Of a stretch of 64,000 nucleotides of DNA, positions 59,434 through 64,000 are shown piece by piece. Origin of the DNA: Thalia democratica (Eukaryota); assembly GCA_965202585.1 (NCBI GenBank), contig OZ241828.1:56978001-57042000 (forward strand), in the 5' to 3' direction. Within the stretch, counting starts at the first letter, position 1. The number at the start of each line of letters is the position of its first letter. The notes under the pieces were generated by a model. The model did not search any database. It saw nothing but the letters and a program-made list of their open reading frames with translations, and was not told where the DNA came from. Made by a program: the position numbers and the translations under genes.

Positions 59434-60472
59434 CTGGTTTAAAAGTAGCTTTAGAAAGTCATTGCAGAAAATAGTGTTGGAAAATTTTCCTTAACAGTGG
59501 CTAAAAGAGGCATAAAGTTTAGTAAAGTTTCAAGTAGCCATCAAGAAACTTACGAGGCTGCATGTTATATATTTTAAAGTTTTTTTTTTTAGTCTTAATT
59601 GCTTTAAGTGTAACAAAAGTTTCAAGACGTTTTATAGAACTGCACTAAAAGATATCAAACTGAATTATTTACATCTTAAAAAGTCAGTTGAACTTACTTA
59701 CAACGATAATTTTCTCAAAACTATGTACAAGGCTTTTTTGTTTCAAAAAGTAATTTTTTAATTATAAATGCAATTGTAAAAGTGTTTTTGCTTCCCACAC
59801 ACAAAAAGTTTAGAGGAAATCTTACTTGATTGTACTTGCGAGGCACTCATTAATATGCCTACTATTTTAGTTTCCTACTTTAAACTGCTTTTCAGCTCAT
59901 TACGAAAACTTTACTTATGTTAGTATTGTAAACTTTATACCAAAGCTTTTTAATTTAAAATTAGATTAAATTAGGTAACTAATCTAAAGTAACAAATATA
60001 CATTAAAACTTATTCTAAATACAAATACTAAAGTAAACTTATGTAGAGGTTTTTTTCAACAATGGTCAACATAGATTAGTTGATTAAATTAGTTGTTTGA
60101 CTTAAAACTTTTTTACTGACTAAAAACTTTATGTTAAACTTTGTTATAGCTTTACACATTTCTTTACTTATTTTAATAATCACGTACAACACAAATGTTG
60201 TTTCAGAAGATAAAAAGAAAGTTTTCTAGGAAAATGCTACCATATTTCAAACACATAAATCCTACACACCTAGAAATTTTTAAAGCAAAATAAATTACTG
60301 AGGTTAAAAAATAATAATTAACCATTGAATGACTCGTTAGAAACAGTGTTTAAGTATTTATATTAACTAAACATCTTAAAACTAATACAGACATAAGTAA
60401 ATTGCTCTTATGAATTCGGAAACAATAACATGTTATTTTTTACAAAGCTTTTTACCAATAAAACCAACTAAC

Positions 60473-63400
60473 CAGCTGGCGACGGTGGCGGCCGTTGCGG
60501 TCACCTGGTTCTGATTGGTCGCTTCCATCCTCGCCATCATCTTCCCCCTCATCGGCTTCACCTTCTCCTTCCTCGCCCGGCTCTGCGCGCACGGCATGCA
60601 CTCGATCTTCTCCTCGTACTTCTTCGCTTTCACCCCTTTGGCGAACGCGGCAAAGTGGCTCCGGTCCCACGTCCTCCCAATCTCCTCGTAGTCGACCCAC
60701 ATTGCGCCGGACGTCTCTTCCAGCACTTTCGGCTTGGCGGCGCCCTTGAACTCGAACACGGGCTGCCACACGACAACCGAGTTGTTGTTGGCGGGAAAAA
60801 TTTTGTAGTTGACGATTTCGTTGCAGTAGAGCTGCTTGAGCATGCCGTGCAGCTTGGCGCTCATCCTGACCACCCCTTCTTTCGCCGCCTCGCACTTCCC
60901 CTTGCCCCCTCCAACCGCCCTCCTGCGCTTCCCCCTCCCCTCCTTCGTGATGTAGAAGAAGTCCTTGCAGCACGGGCACCTGTGGCAGTGGCACAGCAGT
61001 TCCCTCAGCTGCTCCTGGTGGACGCCCTGCTTTATTTTTGCGACTATCTCCAGGTCTGTGGGTTTGTTAGAGGGACCAGAGAAAGATTTGGCTTCATTGG
61101 GAATGGACGGAGGGCACATGTTGTCCATCAGGCTGACGATTGTCTTCGGGCGAACGATGTGGTCTTCTATCCCCGTTTTGGTCTGCAGCGAAGCGACCAG
61201 CTTTTCCAAGTTCGTGTCCCCGCTTTCCAACGCCTTTTTAACTTCCATTTCCAGCTGGCTTTCGGTCATTCCGACCTGTTTGTTTTTGGCCAGCACGCCC
61301 AAGACCTCCTTGTACTGCTTCAAAGTTTCCGAAACCTGACTCGCGTTTTGATCGGACTTGTTTTTGTCAGCAATCTGTTTGCAGTTTGAGTTGTTATTTG
61401 GTGAATGGCTGACTGGTTTTTTTGTTGGGCCTTGTTTTTCAACTTTGTTGTCACTGCTAAGTTTTGCTTTTTGTTGGTCAATGTTAGAAAGTTGGCTCGA
61501 GACTGTAACATTTTGAGCTTTTACCTGAGTGATGAATTTGTTTTCTGTAGGTTTGGTCTGGTCTTTGGTTTGGTTTGTACTAGTTTTAGCCTGAAGTTCG
61601 TTAACTTCTTTTTTAAAAGGTATCGTTTCTTTTTGCTCAACAGGGTCAGAACTGCTGCTTCTTATATTTGCTGCTTCCTCTACTATTGAAAGACAATTGC
61701 ATTCATTTTCCGTGTTTTTCTTTGAGTCTGTAGCTTCAACTTCTTTGTTAGAGCTTTGCGAACCAGCTTGTTTTGACTTCCCACGTTTCTTTTTATTTTT
61801 GCGTTTTTTGCGCGACGGACTTTTGATAGAAACCTCTTCTTCATTTTTGTCTTCTTTTTTAACCACCTGCTCTTTTGGTTTGTCATTAGTTGAGATGTTA
61901 TTGCTTGTCGGTTTCTCGATTGAAATAACTTCTTGGGTGTTTGTATCCTCCTTGTATTGCTTCAGAGTTTCCGAAACCTGACTCGTGTTTTGGTTTTGTA
62001 CATTTAGGTTGGAACTGTTTTTGTTGGCAATTTGTTTGAAGTTTGAACTTTTTGTCGGTGAATGGTTGACTTGTTTTTTAGTTGGTTCTTGTTTTTCAAT
62101 TTTTTTGTCACTGCCTAGTTTTGCTTCTTGCTGGTCAATGCTAGAAGGTGGGCTTGAACATGTTACACTTTTAGTTTTTATCGGCGCTTTGGATTTGCAC
62201 TCTGTAGGTTTGGTTTGGTCTTTGGTTTGTTCTGTGATAGTTTTACACTGAAGTTTGTTTAATTCTTTTTTTGAGGATATTGTTTCTTTTTGCGTAGAAG
62301 GGTTTGAATAGTTATTTGTAATTTTTGCTGCTTCCTCTAGTATTGAAAGACAATTGCATTTATTTTCCGTGTTTTTCTTTGAGTCTGTAGCTTCAACTTC
62401 TTTGTTAGAGCTTTTCGAACCAGCTTGTTTTGACTTCCCACGTTTCTTTTTGTTTTTGCGTTTTTTGCGCGACGGACTTTGGATAGAAACCTTTTTTTCA
62501 TTTACTTCTTCTTTTTTGACCACACGCTGTTTTGGTTTATCATTATTTGAGCTGTTATTGCTTTCTAGTGTCTCTTTTAAAATTATTTCCTTGTCAGTTG
62601 TTTTAAGTAAAGTTTTTTGTAGCTCTTTTATGCATTCATCCCTAATTTCTTTTTTACTGAGACTTTCAGCATTCAGCCGTTTAATCTCTTTTCTACACTG
62701 CTGCCTAAATTCATCCAAAACTTGTTTTATGTTGCTTGACTCTTTAATTTCAACAGAATTGTTAGTTTTTACAATGTCTTTGTTTTGCTTCATTTCAAGT
62801 TGACGTAACGCTTTTGGAACAGAAATGTTTAGATCTACTTTAAAGTCATTTGGTTTTGGTTTTTCTGTAAGCTTTTGAATTGCTTTAGTTACTGTGTTAT
62901 CGAGTTTTTCAACAGCTAATTTGTTTTCGTTTTTAATGCTAGTATGTTGTCTTTCTTTGACAAGTGTTTGTTCATTACCTTTTTTTGTGATAGTTGTTAG
63001 TTTAAACTCATCTTTTTTAATTATATTTTTGTTAAACACTTTTAGTTTTTGAACCGAATTTATTTGATTTTTGACAAAAGTGTTATCTTTTTTTATGTTT
63101 AACTTGTCTGCTTCTTGCAATTTTTCAGAGGTTGAACTAGTAGGTATTTTAGGTGTTTTTGTTTTTAAATTATTTTCTCTATTTTCAGATTTAGTTTCAG
63201 CGTGGTTTTTATGATTTATAGTTGTAGATGTTAGAGTGTTTTGGTTATCTTTAGTTTTAATCGAATTAAAGTTGTCTTTTTTACTGTTATTAAAACTATT
63301 TTTAGATGAGTAGCTTGTACTGCTTTCATTCGAAACAATTGGCAAGTTTAAATTAGCTTGGTCAGTTTTACAATTTGTAGTTCCGTTTTCTTTGTCGATC

Positions 63401-64000
63401 AAATCAAGACTATTGAAACCTGTAGTTACTAAAGGGGTCATTTGTTTCTTAACATTAATAGCTTTTTTATCTTTTATACTAGTTTCAATTTTTTTAGGAG
63501 AGTGCTCACTCTGTATTTTAGGTAAAACGGCATAAGTTTTAGTTTTTACTTTTGAAGTAGTAACATTTTTTGTATCATTTAGTATTGGTAGTGGTTCTTG
63601 ACTTCGTTTCTGTATCTTAAAAGGTTTTGGTTTAAAAAAAGTTTTAAGTTTGTTGCCTTTTTGTTTCTTAACATTTGCGGCTGTTTTTTCTTGAAGTGTA
63701 TGTGTATTGCTATAGTTTTTATCATTTATTTTATTAAAGTTTGATGAACACGAGTTTTTATTACTTTTAATTACTGATGCAAAGGAAGGTAGATGGGTGT
63801 TTTCAACATAGCTACAACTTATTTCTGATGGAAAGTGTCTACAATTAGAACTATCAAGACCAGCTATTTTAGTTTTTGGTTTAACTGTATGTATATTACT
63901 ATTTGAATTGTTATTTATAGAAGAAGATTGACTAACTTTTTTATTTTGCTGGTCATTAGAAAATTTTTTACATTTTTTAGGCGTTTTTGTTATGTTGCTT
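60473..64000 (-). CDS. Giant (>3.5 kb) exon of an uncharacterised protein: Lys/Asn/Ser/Thr-rich low-complexity region, internal duplication, C-terminal candidate degenerate Nudix fold; 5' end beyond the window
   Basis: I translated 63442-64000 by hand and found no in-frame stop, so the frame is open to the window edge. A GTTAGT donor at 60472 coincides with the drop in GC content and is phase-compatible with exon 59433-59163. If unspliced, the frame stops at 60433. Confidence 0.8.
61305..62560 (-). repeat. In-frame tandem duplication, offset 657 bp (219 codons)
   Basis: SPSRKKRKNKKKRGKSKQAGS...QTKDQTKPTE...SQVSETLKQYKE occurs twice; anchor GCGCGACGG at 61810 and 62467. Confidence 0.92.

Noticed and set aside
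1-64000. Horizontal transfer or contamination to explain the GC-rich islands
   Set aside because: The islands are bounded by GT-AG sites, join in phase and encode animal-type proteins; they are ordinary exons in AT-rich introns.

Overview
Eukaryotic (metazoan-like) genomic DNA: very AT-rich introns and intergenic DNA with GC-richer exons. No rRNA, tRNA or CRISPR array was recognised. (1) 1-11.2 kb: tandem array of three intronless atlastin-derived GTPase-like genes (one open, one with a single frameshift, one multiply disrupted). Both copies whose catalytic region is visible lack the catalytic Arg and switch-I Thr, and the proteins carry extra helical repeats and extra membrane segments. (2) 12.5-14.2 kb: 2-exon orphan single-pass membrane gene (minus strand). 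(3) 23.8-29.8 kb: 13-exon SLC7A1-4/CAT-type cationic amino acid transporter (611 aa). (4) 30-45 kb: DNA-transposon cluster comprising a hAT MITE, a 10-bp-TSD MITE, a 4.2-kb foldback element whose arms are inverted 141-bp arrays around an intron-containing PHD-finger cargo gene, and a triple nest (TA-TSD MITE inside a 6-bp-TSD hAT inside a TTAA palindromic MITE). (5) 46.3-54.0 kb: 7-exon ENPP4/5-like ectonucleotide pyrophosphatase (464 aa). (6) 55.8-58.3 kb: 5-exon carbohydrate sulfotransferase (331 aa). (7) 59.2-64 kb: 3' end of a large minus-strand gene with a >3.5-kb exon containing a 657-bp duplication and a candidate catalytically dead Nudix domain. Window-wide oddities: GTT-biased splice donors, A-rich acceptors, and repeated short duplications of exon edges. 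All gene models were inferred by hand from reading frame and splice phase, not from RNA. All family assignments come from motif recognition, not database searches.
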